Positions 39,166 through 47,642 of a DNA stretch of 64,000 bases are shown here, piece after piece. The position numbers and the translations under genes were made by a program. The notes beneath the pieces are model-generated. The model was not told the origin of the DNA and made no database searches. It saw only the letters and a list, made by a program, of their open reading frames with translations. The stretch spans positions 143,387-207,386 of the forward strand of contig JAUQWV010000003.1 in assembly GCA_030834985.1 (NCBI GenBank). Reading direction: 5' to 3'. The first letter of the stretch is position 1, and each line of letters begins with the position of its first letter. Source of the DNA: Candidatus Dojkabacteria bacterium. GTDB taxonomy: Bacteria; Patescibacteriota; Dojkabacteria; J137.

Positions 39166-39181
39166 GCAGGAAGCACAAGCC

Positions 39182-39219
39182 GGGCGTGGCGGTCGTGGAA
39201 ATCACGACCGCCACCGCCC
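39182..39219. terminator. GC-rich hairpin at the 3' edge of the GC-rich island
   Basis: GGCGTGGCGGTCGTG-gaaat-CACGACCGCCACCGCC, about 15 bp with one bulge. No clear U-tract, so function is uncertain. Confidence 0.35.
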
Positions 39220-39240
39220 AGAACAATATTCAAAATAAAA

Positions 39241-39639
39241 TTACTTCAACTTAGAAAGAAGTTCTTCTGCAATTTCTTTATTAAATTCTATTTTTTTACG
39301 CGAATCAAAGTTATCTGCTTGCTCTTTAGTTAAAATAGGGTAGAGCTTCGCATGCAGATGATCCACTTCAAATCCTTCAAAAATCAAAATACACCTTAGA
39401 GTACCTAATTTTTCATCTAACAACTTAGCAACCTTTTTAATGTAAGCCCAGAATCTAGTCATAAACTCATCGTCTTGATTGAAAACATAAGAATCTCTCT
39501 GTACTTTCGGAACAACAAGTGTTTGGCCTTGTACAGATGGATTAATATCTAAAAAAGCCATAAATTCATCATTTTCATCAATAAAATATGCAGGGATCTC
39601 TTTCTTTGCAATCTTTGTAAAAATTGTTTCTTTTTCCAT
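39241..39639 (-). CDS. HIT-family (histidine triad) nucleotide-binding protein with a degenerate triad
   Basis: AFLDINPSVQGQTLVVPK (HIT fold core). The triad region reads DHLHAKLYP, H-x-H-x-K instead of H-x-H-x-H. Confidence 0.55.
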   Translation of the reverse strand: MEKETIFTKIAKKEIPAYFIDENDEFMAFLDINPSVQGQTLVVPKVQRDSYVFNQDDEFMTRFWAYIKKVAKLLDEKLGTLRCILIFEGFEVDHLHAKLYPILTKEQADNFDSRKKIEFNKEIAEELLSKLK

Positions 39640-39725
39640 AAAAAATTTGATTAACTTTGGTATACGTTTTTTATAATAAATTTTATAACTGAATAATATT
39701 ATATAACATCTTATATGAATTCTTT

Positions 39726-40067
39726 ATGAGCAAATCAATCGCCGACATAACAAAGATAATCGTAGACTTTTCTAACGAGAGAGGTTGGGTCAACGAAAAT
39801 CCTTCATTTTTACTAAATGCAATATTTATTGAATTAGGCGAGTTAGCAGAACATTATCAATGGCAATCAGATTTCACTAAAATACGTGCAGCTAATAAAA
39901 ATACAAGAACGGAGATAGGATTTGAATTTGTAGATGTAATAATATATCTATTTAGATTTGCAGAGCGGAGCGGTATCGATATTGAAGAATATTTTGACAA
40001 AAAGATGCCTAAACTTGCAGAAAAATTTAAAGTTGGCGCAGACCATTCTAAAGCGCATAAAGAGTAA
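39726..40067 (+). CDS. MazG-like nucleotide pyrophosphohydrolase domain protein (second copy in the window)
   Basis: ERGW...L..AIFIELGELAE...W fits the small MazG/dCTPase-like all-alpha fold. Confidence 0.5.
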   Translation: MSKSIADITKIIVDFSNERGWVNENPSFLLNAIFIELGELAEHYQWQSDFTKIRAANKNTRTEIGFEFVDVIIYLFRFAERSGIDIEEYFDKKMPKLAEKFKVGADHSKAHKE

Positions 40068-40115
40068 AGAAAAACAGGAAAGAATAAACTGTATTAAATC
40101 TTTAGTATGTGGATT

Positions 40116-40152
40116 GTAGCGGGAGTCCCCAATTTATGGTGACTCCCGCTAC
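40116..40152. terminator. Perfect 12-bp hairpin between convergent genes
   Basis: GTAGCGGGAGTC (40116-40127), 13-nt loop, GACTCCCGCTAC (40141-40152). Confidence 0.4.
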
Positions 40153-40154
40153 TG

Positions 40155-40553
40155 TTAACGGATCAGTAAGGTGAACGGAAGCCTATGTCCACGTGCCAGC
40201 GTGTAAACTGTGAGACCTTTGATTCGTACAGGCTGTTTCTTGACTTTAATCGTGGCGGAGAATTCTTCGCTGTCTTGCTCATCTCCATGAAGAAGAGCAA
40301 GGTAAAATCTTATCTCCTCATGTTCGTCAAAGACCTGAACTCCTCGCGCATAGGTCTCCTGGTCACCAATGAGCAGAGTAACCTGCAAGAACTGGGACCT
40401 ATCTTTCTGTAGGCCATTTCCTATACGGAAAGTTTCTCCTTCCGCACTTAGTGGAAATGCCTGCTGAATGCCAACAGTTGTTATTACCATATACGGCAAC
40501 AGCAATTTCTCGGCAAGGCCAAACGCAATCGAATCGTTTGGTAGGACTTGCAT
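40155..40553 (-). CDS. Hypothetical protein, compositionally atypical (GC-elevated)
   Basis: 132-aa ORF filling the gap between the hairpin and the msrA promoter. AAAGGA SD-like sequence upstream. No family recognised. Confidence 0.35.
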   Translation of the reverse strand: MQVLPNDSIAFGLAEKLLLPYMVITTVGIQQAFPLSAEGETFRIGNGLQKDRSQFLQVTLLIGDQETYARGVQVFDEHEEIRFYLALLHGDEQDSEEFSATIKVKKQPVRIKGLTVYTLARGHRLPFTLLIR

Positions 40554-40645
40554 ATTATTATCCTTTCATCTTAATGAGCCTACCCTTATTATATCATCAG
40601 TATATATCCGTTGTCGAATAGATGTTATAAGAGTAGAATTATTAT

Positions 40646-41188
40646 ATGAAACTAGAAACAGCAATGTTAGCTGGAGGATGCTTTTGGTGTGTAGAAGCCA
40701 TTTTCCAAAAGATCAAAGGAGTTGTTTCCGTTACACCAGGTTATTCTGGCGGTATAACCCCAAATCCAACATATGAAGAGGTCTCAACAGGAGAAACAGG
40801 ACACGCTGAAACAGCAGAAATCAAGTTTGATTCAAATGTCATTTCGTATAAGGATTTACTGTGGATATTCTTTTTAACGCACGACCCAACTACATTGAAT
40901 CAGCAAGGCGGAGATGTTGGTACGCAATACAGATCAGTGATCTTCTTTATGAACGAAGAACAAAAACTAGAGGCAGAAGAAGTGAAGGCGCATATAGAGG
41001 CTGAAAGAATCTATAAAGATCCAATTGTAACTGAAATTACTGAATTTAAAAAATTCTACACTGCGGAAGATTATCACCAAAATTTCTACAATCACAATAG
41101 AGACTATCCATATTGCAGGATTGTAATTGACCCGAAAATCAATAAACTCAAAAAGGAGTTTCTATATAAGCTCAAGGCAGATAACTAG
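40646..41188 (+). CDS. msrA: Peptide methionine sulfoxide reductase MsrA
   Basis: GCFWC active-site motif and a GYSGG..PTYEEV..G.TGHAE core. Confidence 0.9.
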   Translation: MKLETAMLAGGCFWCVEAIFQKIKGVVSVTPGYSGGITPNPTYEEVSTGETGHAETAEIKFDSNVISYKDLLWIFFLTHDPTTLNQQGGDVGTQYRSVIFFMNEEQKLEAEEVKAHIEAERIYKDPIVTEITEFKKFYTAEDYHQNFYNHNRDYPYCRIVIDPKINKLKKEFLYKLKADN

Positions 41189-41189
41189 C

Positions 41190-43136
41190 TTATAATCTGT
41201 CATCAGGCATAGAACCCTCTCCAGAAGATGATGCCACTGGCTTTAAAGAATCTCTTAATAAAGTTTCAATAACTTGAAAGTCTGAGCTATTTGATGTGTT
41301 GTATGCACTAAACTCTGCATTATCCGCAGCTAAATCATATGTAATAGAATCTACCATACCTGTATTAGAGTACTCCTTTAGAGCATATTTATTATTGCCA
41401 AATTCAAATACCAGTATGTAATCTGTATACCAACATTCATCCTCACCACATGAGTTAATTGGAGCATCTGGTGCAGGGGCGATGAGTGAGGTTGAAACAT
41501 CATCTCTCACTTGTGATTCTGCTGCCAGTGGCATTATCATACCTCCTTGGCTGTATTCGTAAGAGTAAAGAGTTCCAGAAACAACCTCTCCGTTTATGCT
41601 TACAGAAACTTGAGTTTCCATTTTATTTCTTAATTCACTCCACAAGAAAGAATCAACAATCTTAATATTATCTTCTTGATTATTATAAATATTGATTGAG
41701 TAATTGCTTGCACCTAGGGTATAAGACATCGTACCAACCGTTGTTGGATAGTAATATGGTGATGTAAATGAAAATGAGCCATTGTACATTGCAAACATTT
41801 TGTCTCCTAATTCACCTAAAGGATAGAATGCTCTGTCTGCATAGTAGTTACTTGAATTATCTACAGTAGAAAAATCATTGTTGCTAATATACAAAGATTG
41901 ATTAGTTGCATCTGTTGCGTTTGGTAATAAGACATCAATATCTGTATTTCTTGCGTAATCAACTTGTTTTTGTAATTCGCTTTCTGGATCATAGATTAAA
42001 ACATCAGGAGATGTTGTATTAATCACAATATCTCTAACAGGTACATTCAAATCAAAGTTAAAGCTAATAGATAAGTCTGCAACTGTACGCTTTTCATTAA
42101 CGGTTTCTGTTGTAGAAGACTCCATAAGTCTATCGTTTCCAACATAGTCTAAGTAATTATCAACTCTTACTATTTGATAATTTTCTGCATCCGCATACGA
42201 AACAGAGTAGATAGTTCTAATATCTTGTTGAATATCAAATTCCCACCTACTTTTATTCTGATAACCTGCACAATCTGCTTGATACGAGTGTTGGATAATA
42301 TAATAGTCTCTACCATTAATATTTTGCATTCCTATAATCTGAACATCAGGACCGAAGTATTCGGTTGGATCAATTGGAGGAACTTCTTCTGTTGGAGTTT
42401 CTGGAGTAGGCTCAATTTCTTCAGGAGCTGAAACCGGAATAGAAACTGGATCGACTACATCTGTAACACCTGTGTCAACTGCAACAGGAGAAACTGAAGT
42501 CTGGCCAGCTCGTAATTGTCCTTGTGAATCTACTGGATACTCATAAACGTTTCTAACAGCATAGCTACCTCCTAAATATGTATAATTCTCGCTTCTGTAA
42601 GTAACTCCATTATTTTCAGATGTACTTAATGAGTAATTATTAATTGAACCATCTTGGTTATAGCCAACATATTTTGAGTAATAGTTTGACTCGTCAAAAA
42701 AGTTATAGCTTTCTACTACTGGAATAAAGATATCATCCTGCAAATTAATTCCATATGTACATTGTTCAAATGCTGGGCCTCGGGTTATTGAGGTTTTAGA
42801 ATAAAAATAGTTGGCATCAGGATTAGCTATCCATCCTGGAGCAACCATCATCCTGTCGCTAGAAAGAGATGTTCCCAATGGAGCTGCAGCAAGTGCGTTC
42901 TCGGCTGCAGAGCCTGCAGTTGCAAGTTGTGAATAGCTAGGGTTGTTTAAAGCGATTCTTCGTAGAATAGCTAACTGCTCTGCAGCCGACAGTCCAGTAT
43001 TTGTTCTAGACAACAGCATAAAAGCAAGAACTGAAGTTCCTATGAGAGCTAAAAAAGCAAGTCCTAATAGCCCAAATACGAAAAGTTTGCGTTTATTCAT
43101 AAAAATGGAGTTAAAAACTATTGTTTCTAACTTCAT
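41190..43136 (-). CDS. Large hypothetical cell-surface/secreted protein
   Basis: N-terminal TM/signal. 648 aa, rich in S/T/N/Y. No catalytic motif recognised. Confidence 0.45.
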   Translation of the reverse strand: MKLETIVFNSIFMNKRKLFVFGLLGLAFLALIGTSVLAFMLLSRTNTGLSAAEQLAILRRIALNNPSYSQLATAGSAAENALAAAPLGTSLSSDRMMVAPGWIANPDANYFYSKTSITRGPAFEQCTYGINLQDDIFIPVVESYNFFDESNYYSKYVGYNQDGSINNYSLSTSENNGVTYRSENYTYLGGSYAVRNVYEYPVDSQGQLRAGQTSVSPVAVDTGVTDVVDPVSIPVSAPEEIEPTPETPTEEVPPIDPTEYFGPDVQIIGMQNINGRDYYIIQHSYQADCAGYQNKSRWEFDIQQDIRTIYSVSYADAENYQIVRVDNYLDYVGNDRLMESSTTETVNEKRTVADLSISFNFDLNVPVRDIVINTTSPDVLIYDPESELQKQVDYARNTDIDVLLPNATDATNQSLYISNNDFSTVDNSSNYYADRAFYPLGELGDKMFAMYNGSFSFTSPYYYPTTVGTMSYTLGASNYSINIYNNQEDNIKIVDSFLWSELRNKMETQVSVSINGEVVSGTLYSYEYSQGGMIMPLAAESQVRDDVSTSLIAPAPDAPINSCGEDECWYTDYILVFEFGNNKYALKEYSNTGMVDSITYDLAADNAEFSAYNTSNSSDFQVIETLLRDSLKPVASSSGEGSMPDDRL

Positions 43137-43147
43137 TATATATCAAT

Positions 43148-44275
43148 TTATCGAGTAACTTGAAAACTTTTTACTTGTTCAAGAATCTGTCTTGCATTTA
43201 GATCTATTTCAAAATGATTTCTAACAGGTTGAATAAGCTTATCCAGATATTCAATTACAGCTGTCTTTAAATCAATTGATGATAATTCATTTTTAGCAAA
43301 TGCATCTTCAAGTTCCTGATATGTTTTGAAAGCAATATCGCCTCCGTACTGAGCAGGTCTTTTTACAACAAATCTATCAGATAATAAATTTTCCTGACCT
43401 TTTAGATGATGAGCTTCGAAGATAATAAACTTACAGTATTCAAGTATAGGATTATCTGTAATTTCACCATCTTTACTGTAAGCTTTTGTAATTTTTCGCT
43501 TTATATCATCATAGGTATCTGTCATAAATATTGCTGAATCTGGAACTGACTTACTCATCTTAGCTGCAATTGCTCTTGTTACTGCATCACCTTCGTTAGC
43601 TATTGGCGCGCCTAATCCGCGTAACATTCTATGGCTTACAACAACAGGTTTCCAAAAGCCTAATTCCGGTCCAACCTGGCGCGCCAACATATTCACTTTT
43701 CTTTGATCCATACCAAGTTGAGTAACTTGGCACTTCATAACTCCAAAAATATCTGCTGTCTGCATGCAAGGGTAGAGGATCTGTGCAGCAGATAATTCAT
43801 CTTTTTCTGATCTGCCCATTATTTCTGTTGTTCTTAAAATTCTATTTAGAGTTGTTGTTCTTGCAACTTTCATTACAAGCTCCCAGTATTCTCTTTGTCC
43901 TACAAAGTCACTTGTCCATAAAAACTCTACATGATCTAAATCCATTCCGCTGGCTTTCCAAATCTCAATAAAATATTCACCTACTTTTTTAATCTTTTCT
44001 AAATCTCCGCCCATCTTATTATTCAAAAAACCAAACCAGTCAGCTACCCACATACGAAATATAAAGCCAGCTTTAATCATCTTATTTGTATTGATAGCTC
44101 TAATAATACCTTGCGCTATATGCATTTGGCCGGATGGTTCAAATCCGTCATAAGTGTATAAAGGTTCATTTGAAGCTAGAATTTCAGGTAAATCTTCTTC
44201 TCCTACAATTTCGCCGCCATCAGCAGCAATCGATTTAATAAGAGCAATACGCTCTTCAATGGACAGGTTACTCAT
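43148..44275 (-). CDS. tyrS: Tyrosine--tRNA ligase, archaeal/eukaryotic type
   Basis: YDGFEPSGQMHIAQG (HIGH-region variant of the archaeal/eukaryotic-type TyrRS GFEPSG.lHlGh), ADWFGFLNNKMGG, KMSKS. Confidence 0.7.
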   Translation of the reverse strand: MSNLSIEERIALIKSIAADGGEIVGEEDLPEILASNEPLYTYDGFEPSGQMHIAQGIIRAINTNKMIKAGFIFRMWVADWFGFLNNKMGGDLEKIKKVGEYFIEIWKASGMDLDHVEFLWTSDFVGQREYWELVMKVARTTTLNRILRTTEIMGRSEKDELSAAQILYPCMQTADIFGVMKCQVTQLGMDQRKVNMLARQVGPELGFWKPVVVSHRMLRGLGAPIANEGDAVTRAIAAKMSKSVPDSAIFMTDTYDDIKRKITKAYSKDGEITDNPILEYCKFIIFEAHHLKGQENLLSDRFVVKRPAQYGGDIAFKTYQELEDAFAKNELSSIDLKTAVIEYLDKLIQPVRNHFEIDLNARQILEQVKSFQVTR

Positions 44276-44381
44276 AAAATATTGGATAAATCTTTATTGA
44301 TTCGATTATACAATAATCAATCTAGTCTTTAAAATTTATGTATAATGAATTTTGAACTATTTTTGCTTTTAATTTTGAACT

Positions 44382-45371
44382 GTGAATGGATTTAATCCTG
44401 TACTGTATTTATTAGCTTTTGCCCTGATTTGGGTAGGGTCAGGTTTAACAGTAAATTCAATTGAAAGAATTGCCAAACGACTAAAGATGAACACCTTTAT
44501 TGTGTCGTTTGTAATTTTAGGAATCTTTACCACATTACCTGAAATTTTTTTAGCGGTTAACTCAACAGTTCAGGGAACTCCAGAGATTTCTGCTGGCAAT
44601 TTACTTGGCGGAATTATTGTTCTCTTTTTGCTTTTAATTCCTTTGATTGCGATTGCCGGAAAAGGGGCTAAGATTATAAAAGACATAAGTCAGGTAAAGC
44701 TCTTCCTTTCGGCAATCGCAATCATTCTTCCAACTCTTTTCTTGCTTGATGGTTATGTAGGTGGAACTGAAGGCCTACTATTCTTAGCTGCCTATACAGG
44801 CCTAATATTTTTTGTAGAAAGAGACAGCAGACCGCAGAAGATTGAAAATAAAGCAGTAGCAAAACCTAAAAAACAAAAGAGAAGACAAATAAATATGGGA
44901 CTAACAACTTACTTTGGAAAATTAATCTTGGGCGTAGTTTTAATATTTATCTCAAGCGATATTATTTTAGATAACACATTAAAACTTGCGCAGCTGCTTG
45001 ATATGTCTACATTTATAATCAGTTTATTTATTATATCTTTAGGAACAAATTTGCCGGAATTTACAGTTGGAATTAGGTCTATCTTACAAAAAGATAAAAA
45101 TATTGCACTTGGAAACTATGTAGGCTCAGCTACAGCTAACACACTTTTATTCGGCTTCCTTGTATTAATAAATCCAACAGGAGTTTATATAAAAGACGAA
45201 AAGTTTGCACTAACTGCAGGGTTAATAATTGTAGCCATATTACTTTTTTACATCTTCACAATAACCAAAAAAGTTCTTTCACCAAAAGAAGGTTTTATTC
45301 TGCTTGGATTATACATAACCTTTGTAGTCTTAGAAATTGGATACACATTGAGTGCAGAAGCGACAACTTAA
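44382..45371 (+). CDS. CaCA-family cation/Ca2+ exchanger (YrbG-like)
   Basis: Two alpha-repeat halves with GTTLPE and GTNLPE motifs. Multi-TM. Confidence 0.7.
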   Translation: MNGFNPVLYLLAFALIWVGSGLTVNSIERIAKRLKMNTFIVSFVILGIFTTLPEIFLAVNSTVQGTPEISAGNLLGGIIVLFLLLIPLIAIAGKGAKIIKDISQVKLFLSAIAIILPTLFLLDGYVGGTEGLLFLAAYTGLIFFVERDSRPQKIENKAVAKPKKQKRRQINMGLTTYFGKLILGVVLIFISSDIILDNTLKLAQLLDMSTFIISLFIISLGTNLPEFTVGIRSILQKDKNIALGNYVGSATANTLLFGFLVLINPTGVYIKDEKFALTAGLIIVAILLFYIFTITKKVLSPKEGFILLGLYITFVVLEIGYTLSAEATT

Positions 45372-45808
45372 AAATGAACTTCCTCACTTTTTGCAGCTAG
45401 TGCCGAATTTAAAGTGTTGTCGTCTAGTACTTCCAAAATAGATTTACCGATCAGCTCATCTTTGTTTTCAGCTTCTATAATCCAAATGCCCGTATGATCT
45501 GTTCCAATGCCAATTTCATCTTCTGCTAAAACCATTGAATCAGACTCTAAACCTCTTAGCATTTTTTTGCCAAGAACAACTTTTTCTCCTTGTAAAAGTA
45601 AATAGCCAGGTACTACATTTCCTTCTGTTAAAAAAGGAACAATATCGTTTTCTTTAATATTTGAAGCCCCGGTTATTACTGCTTTTACTTTACCTCCTAT
45701 GTCCAATACTGCAATATTGAGTTTATCGGCATTAGGATGTTTTAAAATTCCTAAAATTTTCCCTAATTTAATTTCTTTCAATAGTTCTTTGTATTCTGAT
45801 AATTCCAT
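45368..45808 (-). CDS. tRNA-binding domain protein (Trbp111/CsaA/EMAP-like Myf domain)
   Basis: ILKHPNADKLNIAVLDIGGKVKAVITGA ... GLESDSMVLAEDEIG matches the OB-fold tRNA-binding domain signature. Confidence 0.65.
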   Translation of the reverse strand: MELSEYKELLKEIKLGKILGILKHPNADKLNIAVLDIGGKVKAVITGASNIKENDIVPFLTEGNVVPGYLLLQGEKVVLGKKMLRGLESDSMVLAEDEIGIGTDHTGIWIIEAENKDELIGKSILEVLDDNTLNSALAAKSEEVHF

Positions 45809-45847
45809 TTTTTGAATTTAATAGCTTAAACAAAGTAGATTTTAACA

Positions 45848-46399
45848 CTAGCTCCATTGATATTTTGATGGATGCTTTCTAATGTGTTCAATTTCTCTAA
45901 AAACATCTACCACAAGTATTAAAGTTAAGAGAATCGTAGTAAATGTTACTGAAATACCAATCCATAAAAAACTTTTACCGGTTAGGTAGTTGACCCACAC
46001 AATTACATTCGTTAATAGCATAAAGATCCACCAAGCTGAAGCTTGAGTATAAACAGTATAGGAGTCTTTTAAGAGATTCAGAAGGTTTCTTTTTGCCAAG
46101 CTTAGGATTACTTTTTCTGAGGCATGGCTGCTATGTAAAAATATTGTTCTAAAGACAGCTCCCGAAAAGAAAATCGCTATAATAACAAACATAAACAGAT
46201 CAGAGTACGCAGTTACGGTTATTACATCATCATGATTGAGCACAGTAGTGACTGCAAAGATTGAACCTGTATAATCTCTTATCGACCAGGCAATATTAAA
46301 GATATTAATTACTAAGAGTATGCCTAAAAGCTTTGCAACAACTAATACGGCTGCAGGTAAAACAGAGAAATCTAGGATTTTTACAAGAGATTTTGACAT
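45848..46399 (-). CDS. Hypothetical multi-pass membrane protein
   Basis: Five hydrophobic segments. Confidence 0.4.
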   Translation of the reverse strand: MSKSLVKILDFSVLPAAVLVVAKLLGILLVINIFNIAWSIRDYTGSIFAVTTVLNHDDVITVTAYSDLFMFVIIAIFFSGAVFRTIFLHSSHASEKVILSLAKRNLLNLLKDSYTVYTQASAWWIFMLLTNVIVWVNYLTGKSFLWIGISVTFTTILLTLILVVDVFREIEHIRKHPSKYQWS

Positions 46400-46437
46400 T
46401 AGTATATTTTATAGCAAAAGAAGGGCCAAACCAACTT

Positions 46438-46698
46438 TTAAAGTGATTTGATCATTTTTGCTAGCTGAGCTTTGTATCGATTAGCTGTGTTTTTATGAAG
46501 AACGCCACCTTTAGCAGCCTTATCAATTGATTTGAAGGCCTGTGGTAAAAGCTTTTCTGCTTCAGCTTTATCTTTATTGGCAATAGCTTTAACTACACCT
46601 TTTCTATCTTCTTTATACTGTCTGTTTTTTCGAAGGTTAATAATTTTCTTTCTTGCAGACACTCTAATTGCCTTTTTTGCTGAACTTGTATTCGCCAT
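46438..46698 (-). CDS. rpsT: 30S ribosomal protein S20
   Basis: MANTSSAKKAIR...NR..K. Basic, 86 aa. Confidence 0.85.
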   Translation of the reverse strand: MANTSSAKKAIRVSARKKIINLRKNRQYKEDRKGVVKAIANKDKAEAEKLLPQAFKSIDKAAKGGVLHKNTANRYKAQLAKMIKSL

Positions 46699-46791
46699 AT
46701 ACTAATTAATTTAATCTTAAAGCGTATGAATTTTAGCAGAGAATTAGCCAATAGGCAATAATTCTAACGGATTTTATAGTAGAATACGAGC

Positions 46792-47619
46792 ATGCATATT
46801 AGCGATTTTCTACCTAAAAACGGCCTTTTTGACTCTCATTGTCATCTGGAAGGCAATATTGAGCAAGTTATGGGAAAATCTCGACAGCACGGAGTATCTG
46901 GAGTATTTAATGCTGCAATTGATATAAAAACGTCTAAAAATGGGGTTTTGCTAGCCCAAAAGTATCCAGATTATATAAAGACATTTATTGGTATTGATCC
47001 TCAGGTATTTATACCTAACCACGAGTTTTTTTTAGGATTTCATTATTCAGATAATCAGGTGGAAGATTTTAGAAGGCAGCTTGAGGAGATTTATTCTTCT
47101 GCAAAGGAAGCTGTTATAGGAATTGGTGAAACTGGTATGGATTTTTATTGGATAAAAGATTTAGACCAGGAATCCCAACAAAAATCCAAATCTCTGCAGC
47201 TAAAACTTTATGAGGTTCATTTGCAGCTAGCTACCCAACTCAAGCTGCCTTTAACTATCCATTCCAGAAGGGCCGAGAAAGAGTGTTTAGAAGTAATAGT
47301 TAAAAACACCCTTTCTGTAAAAGGAATATTTCATTCCTTTACCGGTAATTATGAGATTGCCAAAGCTATTTTAGATTCCGGAAATGGGTTAGGAGTGAAT
47401 GGAATTATTACTTTCAAAAACGCAAATGACCTAAGAGATGTTTATAAAAAAATAGTAGGCAAGCTAACGGGTGAAGAAAGTCCAGAGTTTTTTTATCAGA
47501 AAGGTATTTTTTTTGAAACCGACTCTCCTTTTTTGGCTCCTGAAGGTAAAAGAGGAGAGACTAATTATCCATATAATGTTAAAGATATCTTCGAATTCTT
47601 CGTGAACTACCTAAAGTAG
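46792..47619 (+). CDS. tatD: TatD-family metal-dependent hydrolase/DNase
   Basis: FDSHCHL, GIGETGMDFYW and HSR/FHSF motifs. Confidence 0.8.
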   Translation: MHISDFLPKNGLFDSHCHLEGNIEQVMGKSRQHGVSGVFNAAIDIKTSKNGVLLAQKYPDYIKTFIGIDPQVFIPNHEFFLGFHYSDNQVEDFRRQLEEIYSSAKEAVIGIGETGMDFYWIKDLDQESQQKSKSLQLKLYEVHLQLATQLKLPLTIHSRRAEKECLEVIVKNTLSVKGIFHSFTGNYEIAKAILDSGNGLGVNGIITFKNANDLRDVYKKIVGKLTGEESPEFFYQKGIFFETDSPFLAPEGKRGETNYPYNVKDIFEFFVNYLK

Positions 47620-47642
47620 CGTAAAATTGTTAAACTCTGTGT

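Noticed and set aside
38880-39233. 117-aa minus-strand ORF across the GC-rich island
   Set aside because: Ala/Ser/Thr/Arg-rich translation typical of the antisense frame of a GC-rich gene. The plus-strand ORF has a strong SD and a coherent membrane-protein profile.
40185-40776. Plus-strand ORFs of 75 and 102 aa overlapping ORF 40155-40553 and the msrA start
   Set aside because: Fragmentary. The second runs through the msrA promoter and start in a different frame. The single minus-strand ORF is more parsimonious, though itself low-confidence.
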